From assembly GCA_963716725.1 (NCBI GenBank), contig CAVQUB010000020.1:197040-261039 (forward strand): DNA of 64,000 nucleotides. Reading direction: 5' to 3'. The notes beneath the pieces are model-generated. The model searched no databases, had not been told where the DNA came from, and was given only the letters and a program-made list of their open reading frames with translations. The position numbers and the translations under genes are program-made. Position 1 is the stretch's first letter, and each line of letters starts with the position of its first letter. Shown here one piece after another: positions 63,072 through 64,000 of the stretch. The stretch comes from an uncultured delta proteobacterium (GTDB lineage Bacteria > Myxococcota_A > Polyangia > Polyangiales > Polyangiaceae).

Positions 63072-63926
63072 TCACTTATCTGTGTGATTCATCATTTCAT
63101 TAGTCCAAATCCTTGTTGGATTTAACTCATCCAGTTCTCCCAATGCTCCTTTTATGATATGATCAGTGAGCACATTCAAATGAATACTTGCTGACTGAGG
63201 AAAGAACCCTTAAACCTTTTAATTGCCAGGTAGCTTGCTAATAACCTTTCTGTTCAGTTGGTAGCCAACATCAGTTGCTAACTTGAAAGGGATACTCCAA
63301 TTTCTTTCACTTTCATGCCACACGAGTCCTGGCTTAAGTATAACTGGGATAAGTTCAGGGCAATTGTTTAGTAGGAATTCTTCAGCTTACTCTTTCATCT
63401 CAATGTATTTTTTAAGATGAGGTGCTATAGTCTTAGAGGCTGATAAGAAGACAAAGTGGCCTTTCTTGTGAGCTCTTTTCAATCGGTTATTGTAATGCTC
63501 AGCAATTAATTTGCATGAATCTCTGTTTAAAGCTTCGAGACTCTTTTCATAAGGAGGCTTCCCTTCACCCTTCACTGTGTTATAAATTTCTGAGGGGCTA
63601 ACTTTCCCTTGAATAACAGATGAAATACCACCTTTCAGTATGCTTTTGTAGTCAACCCCTTCAAGCAAGGCACCTACTGTATGGATAACAGCATCACATT
63701 CTACTAAATCCTCAGGGTACGTCTCAGGCTTTAAAGCATCACCCTCGATAAATTTAACATTGGTGAACCTTGTTGTTTGAGGGTCTCTTTCCATTTACTT
63801 CTCTACGGGACTCCTACTCATAGATAGTACAATGCAATTAGGAACAGTCCCAGCCATCATTTTAGTGACGTAATTGCCAATATATCCAGTGCCTCCTGTT
63901 ATTAAAATTTTCTTTTTGTGATTCAT
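63072..63926 (-). CDS. NAD(P)-binding extended/atypical SDR (epimerase-like), 284 aa in the ciliate code
   Basis: MNHKKKILITGGTGYIG, VIHTVG, YIEMK, ILKPGLV in one frame through four TAA codons; ends at TGA. Confidence 0.9.
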
Positions 63927-63976
63927 TATTTATTATTATATTATTATATTTAAAGCTGTTTAGATATAGTATTCAT

Positions 63977-64000
63977 GGGGTTTTGGGGTTTTGGGGTTTT
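63977..64000 (+). repeat. Ciliate telomere (G4T4)3 to the window end
   Basis: ggggttttggggttttggggtttt. Confidence 0.95.

Larger units (their letters stand above)
62992..64000. other. Spirotrich (Oxytricha/Stylonychia-like) macronuclear nanochromosome
   Basis: Telomeres at both ends, 60-nt and 50-nt AT-rich subtelomeres, single gene in genetic code 6. Confidence 0.92.

Noticed and set aside
62992..64000. Telomere of a linear bacterial chromosome, or a functional eukaryote-to-bacterium gene transfer
   Set aside because: C4A4/G4T4 caps and TAA=Gln are ciliate traits; the gene would be untranslatable in a bacterium and the insert truncates pfa2.

Overview
Bases 1 to about 62975 are a GC-rich bacterial segment. 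It looks myxobacterial (Polyangiaceae/Sorangiineae-like, by inference from Ser/Thr kinases, an FHA-GAF-cyclase, a MYXO-CTERM protease, Cys/Gly-rich lipoproteins and a Pfa3-type synthase ending in an AGPAT domain). It contains a partial kinase, an aminotransferase, an ABC-2 pair, glpK, accA, gap-pgk-tpiA-secG, a sigma-70/zinc-finger-kinase pair followed by secreted proteases and lipoproteins, a secreted EEP-fold enzyme, an ISC Fe-S operon headed by a MerR-family regulator, an ABC-F gene and tRNA-fMet. After the tRNA is a ~1 kb repeat-bounded island with a MenAT-like nucleotidyltransferase pair, then a PUFA-synthase cluster (pfa2-pfa3-thioesterase-PPTase). Many conserved genes carry frameshifts, which suggests an error-prone long-read consensus. 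At about 62976 pfa2 is cut off by a ~1 kb AT-rich spirotrich-ciliate nanochromosome. It has C4A4 and G4T4 telomeres and one SDR gene that reads through four TAA codons (TAA=Gln) to a TGA stop, and it is most likely a chimeric join. The best leads for new biology are the tRNA-fMet mini-island, an 8-Cys module shared by three neighbouring secreted proteins, a (GCAC)6 tract that may phase-vary the EEP enzyme, the MerR-headed ISC operon, and the thioesterase/PPTase-coupled pfa cluster. No database searches were run; family calls rest on recognised motifs.
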